Assembly (NCBI GenBank): GCA_964016885.1
Contig: OZ024744.1
Location: 6,138,001-6,202,000 of the forward strand
Length of the DNA: 64,000 nucleotides
From: Eledone cirrhosa
Taxonomy: Eukaryota
Direction: 5' to 3'
Made by a program: the position numbers and the translations under genes. The notes under the pieces were generated by a model, which did not search any database, was not told where the DNA came from, and saw nothing but the letters and a program-made list of their open reading frames with translations. This document shows positions 26,392 through 38,682 of this stretch, in pieces; the stretch's first letter is position 1, and every line of letters begins with the position of its first letter.

Positions 26392-27020
26392 GTCAGGTCA
26401 CCCGTTGGTGCTACTGGTAACATGTATCCCAATACAACCTGTCTCATGGTCGGGTCGTTGGCGACTAAACTGGCAACCCCACCAAGGTTTCTTGGTGAGG
26501 AGGGTGACTTTGGACATCCTGCAGGACTAAAAACAAAACCTTTCAAAGGGCAAAGGAGCTCTTAAGAGTCAATGGCCATCCAAAATCACCGGCAGAGATG
26601 ACCCCTTAGCCTTTGTCAAGGCAGAATTCTAGGAGAAGGAAAACTCTGATATAACACCTGCAACCCTGATGGTATCCAATGATGTTGACTTGTTCTTTTT
26701 GGTAAATATCATCTTGGTTAAGAGAGTGGGACTGACTTTGTGCAGTGCCTTTGCTCACTATAAAAGCTTCACGGCACAGGCATTGCTTTATATCTGGAGA
26801 TCTCTCTGCACTTGTCGTCACATGGTACCATAGGCCCAGCACTGTGTGTCAATAATTGTCACAAGTGTAGTGTTTGTACCAGAGTTTTCAAGTAGCTGGC
26901 TGGACTAAAATGTGACACTCGTTCAGCGCATCGGTAGGGGTTCTCCTACATGGATGTAAAGTAGTGGCCGTGTTCGAAAACGAGTTGGCAGCCACCATAT
27001 AAGTATGTATGTATGTATGT
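26392..27020 (+). mobile_element. Short non-autonomous element, probably RTE-derived, with (TATG)n tail
   Basis: Contains AACTGGCAACC and CTAGGAGAAGGAAAACTCTG, which I recall from RTE 5' UTRs; 3' end TGGCC..TCGA..GGCAGCCA.CAT then TATG repeats; diverged copies at 27630-28030 and 28270-28405 on the minus strand. Confidence 0.5.
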
Positions 27021-27593
27021 TCTTCTGGTTTTATAATTTCACAAATTTTTACTAATAGAGAGAGAGTCTGTTTGTAACATAGACACAAGACTCTCTCATT
27101 GGAATTTACGCATCAACTAGGTAGATATGTATGTATGCATGCATGTGTAGATATGGATGTTATTGTATGTGTGGATGTGGATGTTTTGAGTTGAATGTGT
27201 GCATGTGTATATGCTTTGCATCTGTACATGTGTATATGCAGTTATTAGATGCAGAATTTTTGGAATATTTTACATATTTTTACTGTTCCATTAATGGATT
27301 GTACTTGTAATTTCCTAACTAGTTGTGTTCTTTCTTATTCCAAAAATGTTGCATCTAATAACTACACATACACATATACATATACTAAGCATATACACAT
27401 GCACACATACAACTTAAAACATACACATCCACACATACAATAACATCCATATCTACACATCCACACATACAGACATATCTACCTAGTTGATGTTGTGTAA
27501 ATTCCAATGAGAGAGTCTTGTGTCTGTTAGAAACCGACTCTCTCTCTATTGGCAAGAAATTGTGAAATTATAAAACCAGAAGAACATACATAC
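27010..27593. repeat. Imperfect inverted repeat, ~240-bp arms (27010-27253 and 27350-27593)
   Basis: TTCTTCTGGTTTTATAATTTCACAA vs TTGTGAAATTATAAAACCAGAAGAA; CACAAGACTCTCTCATTGGAATTTAC vs GTAAATTCCAATGAGAGAGTCTTGTG; AGTTATTAGATGCA vs TGCATCTAATAACT. Confidence 0.85.
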
Positions 27594-27629
27594 ATATATA
27601 AATAAGTAAATAAACACACACACACATTC

Positions 27630-28030
27630 ATACATACATACATACATACATACATACATACATACATACATACATACATACATACATACATACATGATGG
27701 CTGCCCCCTTGTTATCGAGTATGGCCATTGCACGATATAACATTATCAATAATTATCAATTAATACTATCGTGCAATGCCTGTGCTTGAAGATTTTTTAA
27801 AGTGAGGAAAGACTGTGCACTGAGCCAATCCCACTCTCTGAGCGACAGTAGCTATAACCTAAAAGAAGAAAAGATCAACATCATCGGTAACTACTGAGCT
27901 GCAGGTTTTATGTCGGAGTTAACCCAGTTTCCTGAGTTGCCTTCTCCTAGAAGAATGCCCTGACAAGGACTAGGGGTCGTTCACTCCCAGTGGTTTAACT
28001 GTTCGATTGGGAGTCCAGCCCGACTATTTC
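27630..28030 (-). mobile_element. Second, diverged copy of the RTE-like short element with (TATG)n tail
   Basis: 27770-27980 is the reverse complement homolog of ~26600-26790 (CCTTCTCCTAG, CCCACTCTC, TCAACATCAT); tail is (TACA)n at 27630-27693. Confidence 0.55.
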
Positions 28031-28115
28031 TATGTCCCCGCGCATATAGATACACATGCATATATGTACATGCATATATACACACACATGCATACACATA
28101 CACACACATACACAG

Positions 28116-28147
<32 letters not shown>

Positions 28148-28269
28148 TTTACATACGTATCATACATACATATATACATACATCATATACATACATATAT
28201 ACATCACACATACATATATACACACATACACATTTACATATATACATATTTACATATATACATGCACGC

Positions 28270-28405
28270 ATACATACATACATACATACATACATACATA
28301 CATACATACATACATACATACATACATACATACATACATACATACATACATACATACATGATGGCTGACCCCTCATTATCGAATATGGCCATCACACGAT
28401 AAAAA
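28270..28405 (-). mobile_element. 3'-end fragment of the same short element plus (TACA)n tract
   Basis: ATGATGGCTGACCCCTCATTATCGAATATGGCCATCACACGA resembles 27693-27735. Confidence 0.55.
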
Positions 28406-28614
28406 GATATTAACAATTAACGGCGCTGCGATCGAACGTGGCTTTTTAGCCCAGCCAATGATCTAAAATGTCTTGCACAGAGTCGGCAACCAAAACATTC
28501 ACTGGGAATAGTCGGCTGTGGTTGGAGTTCGTGTACTTTTACATGTCGTTTGAACCCTCCTGCTGATTTACATTCTCTACCACATGTTTGACAGGTTTAC
28601 ACACACACACACAC

Positions 28615-28667
<53 letters not shown>

Positions 28668-28791
28668 AGGTAAGTTAATTCCTGCACTTCTAGCCTTCCA
28701 TAACCTTAAGGAAAACTTTGTTTACAATTTCGACGCTTCAATGGTGGTTCACGCACCACACGATCGGTAAATATATACCTTTTATATGTTA

Positions 28792-29140
28792 CTAGCAGTG
28801 GTACCCGGCGTTGCACGGGATAAGGTATTTTGGAACGTGGGCCGCCAACAGACCTGATCATGGATAAACTGCATTCCTGGACAATATGTAAAGAAAATAA
28901 ACTGAATACTCTGATGGCTGGATAATCTTTAAGATTTTACTCGAAGAAGCAGGAAAATTGCAGGTTTTCACCTAATGCGGGACCTAGGGAATCAAAAAGT
29001 TGAATTTTTTATGTGCATAACACTCCGTAAAACATAAGTAATACACATGTAAAGTTTGAAAACAGTCGGTTGGGTGGTTCTCGAGTTTTAGGCATTCAAA
29101 CTCACACACAGACAGACATCCTCAGTTTTATATATATAGA
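28792..29140 (-). mobile_element. Non-autonomous Helitron
   Basis: Minus strand starts TCTATATATATAAAA and ends with hairpin CCCGTGCAACGCCGGG then CTAG; inserted between A and T without TSD. Confidence 0.85.
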
Positions 29141-29228
29141 TATATAATTGATTCTTATGATTTCTCTACAAAGTTATTGAATGAAACATATTTATTAATT
29201 GTTAAACCTTGGCGATCTATTTTTTGCG

Positions 29229-29344
<116 letters not shown>

Positions 29345-30388
29345 ACAAGCGATGAATTAATTAGTTTCACGCTTGAAATTTCGTGGTGTATTCAATTAAT
29401 GCAAGATTTAAAGAAAATAATTCAATTATCCACAAATATATCCAGGTGTAAGTTGAGATGAAGTCCAGGTGTAAATCCATTTTCAGAGTGAAAATCCAAC
29501 AAATTTGAGAAGTCTAGGTAAGCGTTGATATACATGTGTGCAAAGAGTAAACAGGAATAACAAAATGAAGAAAACAAACGGCACAGGAAGAGGATCTCGA
29601 CCTTATATATATTGGCAGAAAAACCACCCTTCGTAGTGTGTATATTGATATATACGCAGGTATATATACATGTTGATATGATACATCAAATAACATCGTA
29701 ATTGAGAATATACACAGAAATTGAAGAGAGTCTGTGTTACACTGTCTTATGTAATCAGTAACGTAATCCATGATATATTAAAAAAGACGATATTATATAT
29801 AAACTGCATTAGGAGAAAATTAGTGACAGAAATATATTAATGTTTATTTAAGCGATCGCTAACCGGAAGTGTTGAAATTTGGAAATTTTAAAGAAGTGAA
29901 TATTTAAATAAGTAATAAAATATATTTAATCAAGAGTTACGAAATTTAGTAGATAAATTATATAATATTCATTCATTATTTATTCAAAGTAATCCAACTT
30001 ATTTTACAAACGGGATAAAAAATATATATTCTGGACTCAGTCCCGCACTCCTTACTTTATTAGAGTTAAGAAACAACGCGATGGAAATCACTGAATATCA
30101 ATATAAACATTTATTAACCCATTATCTACCTGCTGCTACCCTTCAGTTGACCGACTACCACGGGATATCTTTCCCTTTTGAAATTATCACTGGTAACGGA
30201 TCACTCAAAATAATGTTTCCTTGAATTGAGAAGTTCCCCGTGGAGCTGTGAATAAGTCTCACAGTGAGGAATATCCTAAGTTATTAAAATACCCAAAGCA
30301 GTTATTTCACAGCGAAACTGCAGACGGGACATCAAAGTAAATTGGTAAATTATTATTTTATCTTGTTTACTTTCCCACATATAATTTC

Positions 30389-30466
<78 letters not shown>

Positions 30467-30582
30467 GATAAATCAAAATGAATTTAATCTAAATCAAAAT
30501 TATGGGTGTCATGCCAGAAAGGCATGCGCCATATCACCCGCAAAATAAGCTCTAAGATTCTAACGAATAGGTCCGACCATTT

Positions 30583-30727
30583 TATAACAACTAGAAATTG
30601 ATTAACATAAATAAACATGAATAATCACAGGAGAGAATTTTTACAAGTGTGTAAGCACACATAGCTAGGTAAAAATTATCTCCTGTGATTATTCATGTTT
30701 ATTTATATGTTAATCAATTTCTAGTTG

Positions 30728-30732
<5 letters not shown>
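30583..30732. repeat. Fold-back, ~52-bp arms, next to (TA)n
   Basis: TATAACAACTAGAAATTGATTAACATAAATAAACATGAATAATCACAGGAGA and its reverse complement (2-bp indel). Confidence 0.88.
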
Positions 30733-30773
<41 letters not shown>

Positions 30774-30849
30774 CGAAGGAAATGTGGTAAGGAACCAGGT
30801 GGACCATAACGCACCAAAGTACTCAATACTTGAGGTAGTAGAGTGGGTA

Positions 30850-30963
30850 ATAGGAACCAGTAAGACCCCGACAGCTGAGCTCAAGCCGTTTCGACGGCTA
30901 ATTCTGGACTCCAGAATTAGCCGTCGAAACGGCTTGAGCTCAGCTGTCGGGGTCTTACTGGTT

Positions 30964-30968
<5 letters not shown>
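30850..30968. repeat. Perfect palindrome, 59-bp arms, 1-nt loop at 30909
   Basis: ATAGGAACCAG...AATTCTGGA C TCCAGAATT...CTGGTTCCTAT; contains the 3' half of a hammerhead (GAAACGGCT...AGCTGTC). Confidence 0.93.
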
Positions 30969-31000
<32 letters not shown>

Positions 31001-31013
31001 ATCTGTTATTTTA

Positions 31014-31065
<52 letters not shown>

Positions 31066-31071
<6 letters not shown>

Positions 31072-31367
31072 AAATGAAAATCCGAAGGCAAGGTAAAATT
31101 CCAATCATTTAATCACGACATATGTTTCAATAAGAGATAGATCGATTGTGAAGCCATGATAGATTATCGCTGGTCTCAGGGCATGAATTCTGTGAGAGAA
31201 CATCGTTATTTTTCTCCCTCATATCAAGAATTTGAAGACAATTCATTTTCACCTGATGAGATAGTAATATTCGATCATGGCTTCACAGTCGATCTATCTC
31301 TTATTGAAACATGTGTCGTGATTAAATGATTGGAATTTTACCTTGCCTTCGGATTTTCATTTTGATA
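31066..31367. repeat. Fold-back with ~95-bp arms, probable Penelope pseudo-LTR pair
   Basis: ATCAAAATGAAAATCCGAAGGCAAGG...AAGCCATGAT vs ATCATGGCTT...CCTTGCCTTCGGATTTTCATTTTGAT. Confidence 0.85.
31249..31321 (+). ncRNA. Candidate minimal type I hammerhead ribozyme
   Basis: TCAC-CTGATGA-[stem II region]-GAAAC-ATGT-GTC-GTGA; stem I TCAC/GTGA; the inverted arm preserves palindromic ACATATGT for stem III; stem II register irregular. Confidence 0.55.
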
Positions 31368-31623
31368 CTTATACTCCGTTTTACATCATCTAGCTGTTCC
31401 CTTGAATGGAATTGGAGATATACAAAAGCGTGGAGAACTTAATATTGCTAACATAAAGTTATTGTACCATTTTACACAACCAATAATACACCTTACTATA
31501 TAACAACTATATATATATATATGGAAAATTATTTTTCTTGTAGAGTGCTTCCAATCTACTCTAAAACTCATTCTTTGACATACTCATTGAATCTTGTTTA
31601 ACTATTTAATATATATATATATA

Positions 31624-32560
31624 CTAGCTGAGTAGCCGGTCGTTGCCGGGCAATAATCATATAATATGACTTTATTTCATTTTTTTTTTATTATTCCATA
31701 TCTGACAATGTCTCCCCCCGAAGGACGGATTTCTTTATTAATTGGGTCAATTTTTAATGTTTGTTGTTTTTCAATCTGGTGTATAGATGTAAAGATTTTT
31801 CTGACTCCCTACTCCTGAACATCCAACCTACGTCTGACCATGGGTGAAGCAGGGCCCTTCAACGCTTGAATTTGTGATTTGTTGATGTTCATAGCAAAAC
31901 TAAGACCCACTGGAAATTTGAGTCATTTGAATTGAAATGGGACATGAATGTGGATAAGAGGAATTCTGGGGACGAACACGTTCTCTCCACCACCACATCC
32001 AATGGTGGCTTGAATCTCATGTGGATACATATTGTTCTCAACCAATCGAGTGTCGGTACATAGTCTTAGTGGGTCCAAGTTTCTCAATAACAGGTGAAGG
32101 ACATATGGAGACATTCCAGATGGTTTTAAAGAGTTGAGGAACTCTGTCAGGTGTTTGAAAGATTCCGACTGTTCCACCACAGTGTCGACAGATTGATAAA
32201 GGTTCGAAACCTTTGGAATTCTTTTTAATAGCTTTTGATTAACCAATTTTACAATCACATTTTTAGGGGTCAATATAGCCCTTTCACTGAGCCACTTGTG
32301 ATGTGCGAACATCAATATTAGGGAACACTTTTTCTATGAGATGGAATAAAGATTCCACCATCATGCCTATGGAACTTATATCAATAGCTCCATTGCTATC
32401 CACGGGAAGTATTCCGTCCCCCAGCATTAATAGAATCTGGGTGAACTGCTCTGATTGTTCGTCACAGCCAATATATGCGTTCATATCTTCAAAACTTTTA
32501 TACAAACTCCAAAGTGTCGACATTTTCAAACAGGCTCAGATTTGATCCAATCCTATTGAT
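31624..32560 (-). mobile_element. Helitron 3' portion with decayed PIF1-type helicase (RepHel)
   Basis: Minus ORFs: LLMLGDG, ILTPKN, EFLNSLKPSGM, LLRNLD, FVPRIPL, PFQFK; terminus hairpin GCCCGGCAACGACCGGC + CTAG|T at 31624. Confidence 0.88.
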
Positions 32561-32564
32561 CTCT

Positions 32565-32631
<67 letters not shown>

Positions 32632-32653
32632 GTTGCTACTGCTGCTGCTACTA

Positions 32654-32690
<37 letters not shown>

Positions 32691-32724
32691 GCTGCTGCTG
32701 CTCCTGCTACTGCTGCTGCTACTA

Positions 32725-32807
<83 letters not shown>

Positions 32808-32813
32808 TTACTA

Positions 32814-32876
<63 letters not shown>

Positions 32877-32914
32877 CACTACTACTACTGCTGCTGCTGC
32901 TGCTACTGCTGCTG

Positions 32915-32952
<38 letters not shown>

Positions 32953-33004
32953 GCTACTACTGCTGCTGCTACTGCTGCTGCTGCTGCTACTGCTGCTGCT
33001 ACTA

Positions 33005-33053
<49 letters not shown>

Positions 33054-33063
33054 GCTGCTGCTG

Positions 33064-33149
<86 letters not shown>

Positions 33150-33162
33150 GCTGCTGCAACTA

Positions 33163-33226
<64 letters not shown>

Positions 33227-33284
33227 GCAACTACTACTACTGCTGCTGCTGCTACTGCTGCTACTGCTGCTGCTGCTGCTACTA

Positions 33285-33330
<46 letters not shown>

Positions 33331-33373
33331 GCAACTACTACTACTGCTGCTGCTGCTACTGCTCCTGCTACTA

Positions 33374-33413
<40 letters not shown>

Positions 33414-33444
33414 GCTACTACTACTACTACTCCAACTATTAGTG

Positions 33445-33477
<33 letters not shown>

Positions 33478-33682
33478 ATACTACTGCTGCTGCTGCTGCT
33501 GCTACTACTGCTGATACTACTAATACTACTCCTACTACTACTACTGCTGCTACTACTACTACTACTATTACTACTACTACTACTACTACTACTGATACTA
33601 CTACTACTGCTACTACTACTACTACTACTTCTACTACTACTGCTACTACTACTACTAATAATAATACTACTAATACTACTAT

Positions 33683-33767
<85 letters not shown>

Positions 33768-33840
33768 GCTACTACTAATACTAATGCTACTACTACTACT
33801 ACTACTACTACTAATACTTCTACTACTACTACTGCTACTG

Positions 33841-33918
<78 letters not shown>
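32565..33918. repeat. Compound (ACT)n/(GCT)n trinucleotide array, ~1.35 kb
   Basis: Direct reading; recurring ACTATACT phase-slip marker. Confidence 0.97.
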
Positions 33919-33919
<1 letters not shown>

Positions 33920-34137
33920 ATATATTTATATCTATGTCAGCTACTATATATTGTAGTAGATATTTTTGATAGTTTTTAGTATGTCTTCTGTTAGTCGTAC
34001 TATATAATATCGTTGTGATGTGTCTGTTATAATAATTGTATATTCTTTCTAACATGCCTCTATTATGAATCACTCTGTTAGTGTTACTAATATGTCAACC
34101 CAACCAAGTCTATCAAGCATGTATTATATTCAAATTA

Positions 34138-34262
34138 ACGGTGGATTGGCAGTATCGGTAGAGGGTCGGACAAGATACTTTACACCAAATAGTTAGGGCC
34201 CTTTACGGTCTGAGTTCAAATCCCGCCGAGGTTAACTTTGCCTTTCATCCTTACGGGGTCGC
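34138..34262 (+). mobile_element. tRNA-derived SINE (3'-truncated)
   Basis: A-box-like TGGCAGTATCGG, B box GAGTTCAAATC, body AACTTTGCCTTTCATCCTTACGGGGTCG resembling the Meta-type SINE domain; second copy at 53381-53555. Confidence 0.75.
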
Positions 34263-34267
34263 ACATA

Positions 34268-35683
34268 TACCATTAAGTAAAATGCTCAATGAAACAAAAC
34301 ATGGATATAAAGTCTATGACAAAACCATTAATCACCTGTTCTACATGGATGACATGAAACTATTTGCAAAAAATGATGAACAATTGCAAGGGCTATTATC
34401 CACTGTGGAGCAGTTCAGTGATGACATTAAAATGGAGTTTGGACTAGATAAATGCGCCAAAGCAACGTTCACCAGAGGAAAGCTGCTGAAGAGTTCAGAC
34501 ACTAATCTTGATCGGGGGAATGTGATTAGAGAACTTGATCAAGAGGAAACTTACAAATATCTAGGTGTTTGTGAAGGAGACGGAATCAAGCACTCGACAA
34601 TGAGGGAAAGGATAAGGAAGGAATGTTACCGCAGAGTAAGAGCAATCTTAAGAACGGAATTGAATGCAAGGAATAGGATCGATGCCATAAACATGCTTGC
34701 CATACCAGTAGTAACCTACAGTTACAATGTCATCAACTGGTCAAGCACAGAGATCCGTAGGCTCGATACAAAAATTAGAAAATTCTTAACCATGCACAGA
34801 ATGCATCACCCTAAGGCAGATACAGATAGAATATATCTCCCTAGGAAAGAAGGAGGACGTGGGTTAATCCAGTTAGATATTGCGTTGAAAACTGCAACAA
34901 TTGGATTATCTACATATCTAAGGGAATCACATGACTGGATGATCAAACTCGTTTTGAAACACGAAAGCATCAAAAGATCATACTCCATTACAAAAGATGC
35001 ACAAAGATACAGTAATGGACTACAAATTTCAGAAGTCCCATTTACTGCTGAAATGGAAAACACAGAAAAAGCAAAGCAGGTAAAAGTAACTGCAAAGAAA
35101 GAACTGCTACAGAAACTGGCTAAGAAATGGCAAGAACAGCCTCTGCATGGAAAATACCCAGAGCGAGCTAACAATCCTGATGTTGACAAAACTTTAACCC
35201 ATCAGTGGTTGGCATCCTCTGGACTGAAATCGGAGACTGAAGGACTGATTATATCGGCACAAGATCAGTGTCTGCCAACAAGAAAATTACCAAGCCAACA
35301 TAATAAAAAATGGATGCAGCCCATTATGCCGTGTATGCAAAAAACAACCAGAGACCATTGACCATATAATTTCAATGTGCAGTCCTATAGCTCCAACCGA
35401 ATACCTAAACAGGCATGACAGAGCTGCACAATACATACATTGGATAATGTGTAAGCATTTTGACCTACCCCATCAAAACAATTGGTGGGAACATCAACCA
35501 CCTCCCATACTTGAAAAAGATCACATCTCAGTCTTGTGGAACTTTAGCATCCAAACAGACCGAAAAATAGATGCAAATAGACCTGATATAATACTGAAAG
35601 ACTTTAAAAAGAGGGTATGCCTGCTAATTGATATGTCCGTTCCAATAGACAAGAATGTATCTATAAAAACATTTGAAAAATTG

Positions 35684-35684
<1 letters not shown>
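34268..35684 (+). mobile_element. R4/Dong-like RLE non-LTR retrotransposon fragment, family a
   Basis: HLFYMDD, FGLDKC, YKYLG, RIYLPRKEGGRGL, RHD, NRPDIIL; frameshift near 35285; near-identical to 53653-54976 and 62181-64000. Confidence 0.92.
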
Positions 35685-37127
<1,443 letters not shown>

Positions 37128-37131
<4 letters not shown>

Positions 37132-38160
37132 AATACATTATAAAGAAAGAAGAAACATTAGACATAAAGAAAAAAAATATATAAATACCCAAAACTCCTC
37201 TACATTCTCGACTGTACAGTTTCGCGGCTACATTTCAAAGACACTACATCACAGAGATGCAGTATTTCTGTGATGTTTGCTAGCTTATCAAGAGAATACC
37301 TCATTTAAAGTTTCAAAAATTGTCTGCAAGGCACCAGAGAGAACCCGGAAAGGCGGAGGGGGAACTTATCACGAGGTATACCGGTCAAGAAACAGAGTTA
37401 AGCCTGTTACAACCAAGAGAAAAATACGACAATGGCGGAGGGGGCATTAGTATCTGGGCTACTCTGATATGGAGTCAATCTAATTCATGCAGATTATTTT
37501 GTCCCTATTAATCATAGAGCAGCAACGGTTAAGGTTGGCACCACACAAATTCAGGGATATATGTGTGTATATGCATGTATTTGTATGTATTCGAATGTAT
37601 CCGTGTATTTCTTTTTATTGTCTAAAACGTCCTACGGTAGAGTAACCACGGAAGTATAGTGACTGCTGTCAAGCTTAATGCCCCCTCCGCCATTGTGGTA
37701 TTTTTCTCTTGGTTGTAAGAGGCTTAACTCTGTTTCTTGACCGCTGTATCACGTGATAAGTTCCCCCTCCGCCTTTCCGGGTTCTCTCTCGCGCCTTGCA
37801 GACGTATTTTGAAACTTTAAATGAGGTATTCTCTTGATAAGCTGGCAAACGTCACAGAAATACTGCATCTCTATGATGTATTGTTTTTGCAAAGTAGCCG
37901 CGAAACTGTACAGTCGAAAAGATAGAGGAATATTGGGTACTTATATATATTTTTTCTTTTATTTATGTCTGTTTCTTCTTTCTTTATAATGCATTATATA
38001 GCTCTGATATAGAGTCAATCTAATTCATTCAGATTATTTTGTTACTATTAATCATAGAGAAACAACGATTAAGGTTGGCACCACACAAATTCAGGGATAT
38101 ATGTGTGTATATGCATGTATATGTATGTATGTATTCGCATGTATCTGTGTATTTCTTTTT

Positions 38161-38165
<5 letters not shown>
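37128..38165. repeat. Composite inverted + direct repeat between two (TA)n tracts
   Basis: 37128-37450 is inverted at 37675-38000; 37462-37621 is repeated directly at 38002-38166 (540-bp period). Confidence 0.85.
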
Positions 38166-38250
<85 letters not shown>

Positions 38251-38276
38251 TATACACATATATATGTATGAGTTTG

Positions 38277-38385
38277 TCTCCTGATGAATCCTAACTCAAG
38301 ACATTCCTATTAATTGGATGTCTAAAAATACGGATGAAACCATGGTAGATCTCTACCATGGTTTCATCTGTATTTTTAGACATTT
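38277..38385 (+). ncRNA. Candidate hammerhead ribozyme with extended stem II, followed by fold-back of its 3' half
   Basis: TCTC-CTGATGA-ATCC...GGAT-GAAAC-CATG-GTA-GA; palindromic ACCATGGT stem III; 38317-38349 inverted at 38352-38384. Confidence 0.65.
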
Positions 38386-38682
38386 TAATTACTGTATGTA
38401 CAGATTTCTTCTAAGTTTAATTTTACACCTAATTGTGTATGGTTGATGGTATATTTAGTCAGTTTCTACATGCTGTCGAAATGTTGGATAAATACTCTAT
38501 TGGGGCCACCGCGAAGAGGCCACTTTCGGTTATTTGTCGGAGATTTCTTCATAAGAGCCTTTCTTCTTATAGCTTGGTCTAATTGATTTCTTATATGGTT
38601 AATTATGCTAATTGGAAGAGGAAATGGTATATATTTTATCTAATAATTCTAAGGACATGATTTATGATATATATATATATAT

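Noticed and set aside
25842-26546. 234-aa ORF as a real gene
   Set aside because: Chimera of an RLE fragment, a (CATA)n tract and antisense sequence of another repeat.
32475-34073. Poly-Y/C/T/L/S ORFs
   Set aside because: Translations of the (ACT)/(GCT) array.
34138-34262. tRNA gene
   Set aside because: A/B boxes present but no cloverleaf; continues into a SINE body also found at 53381.
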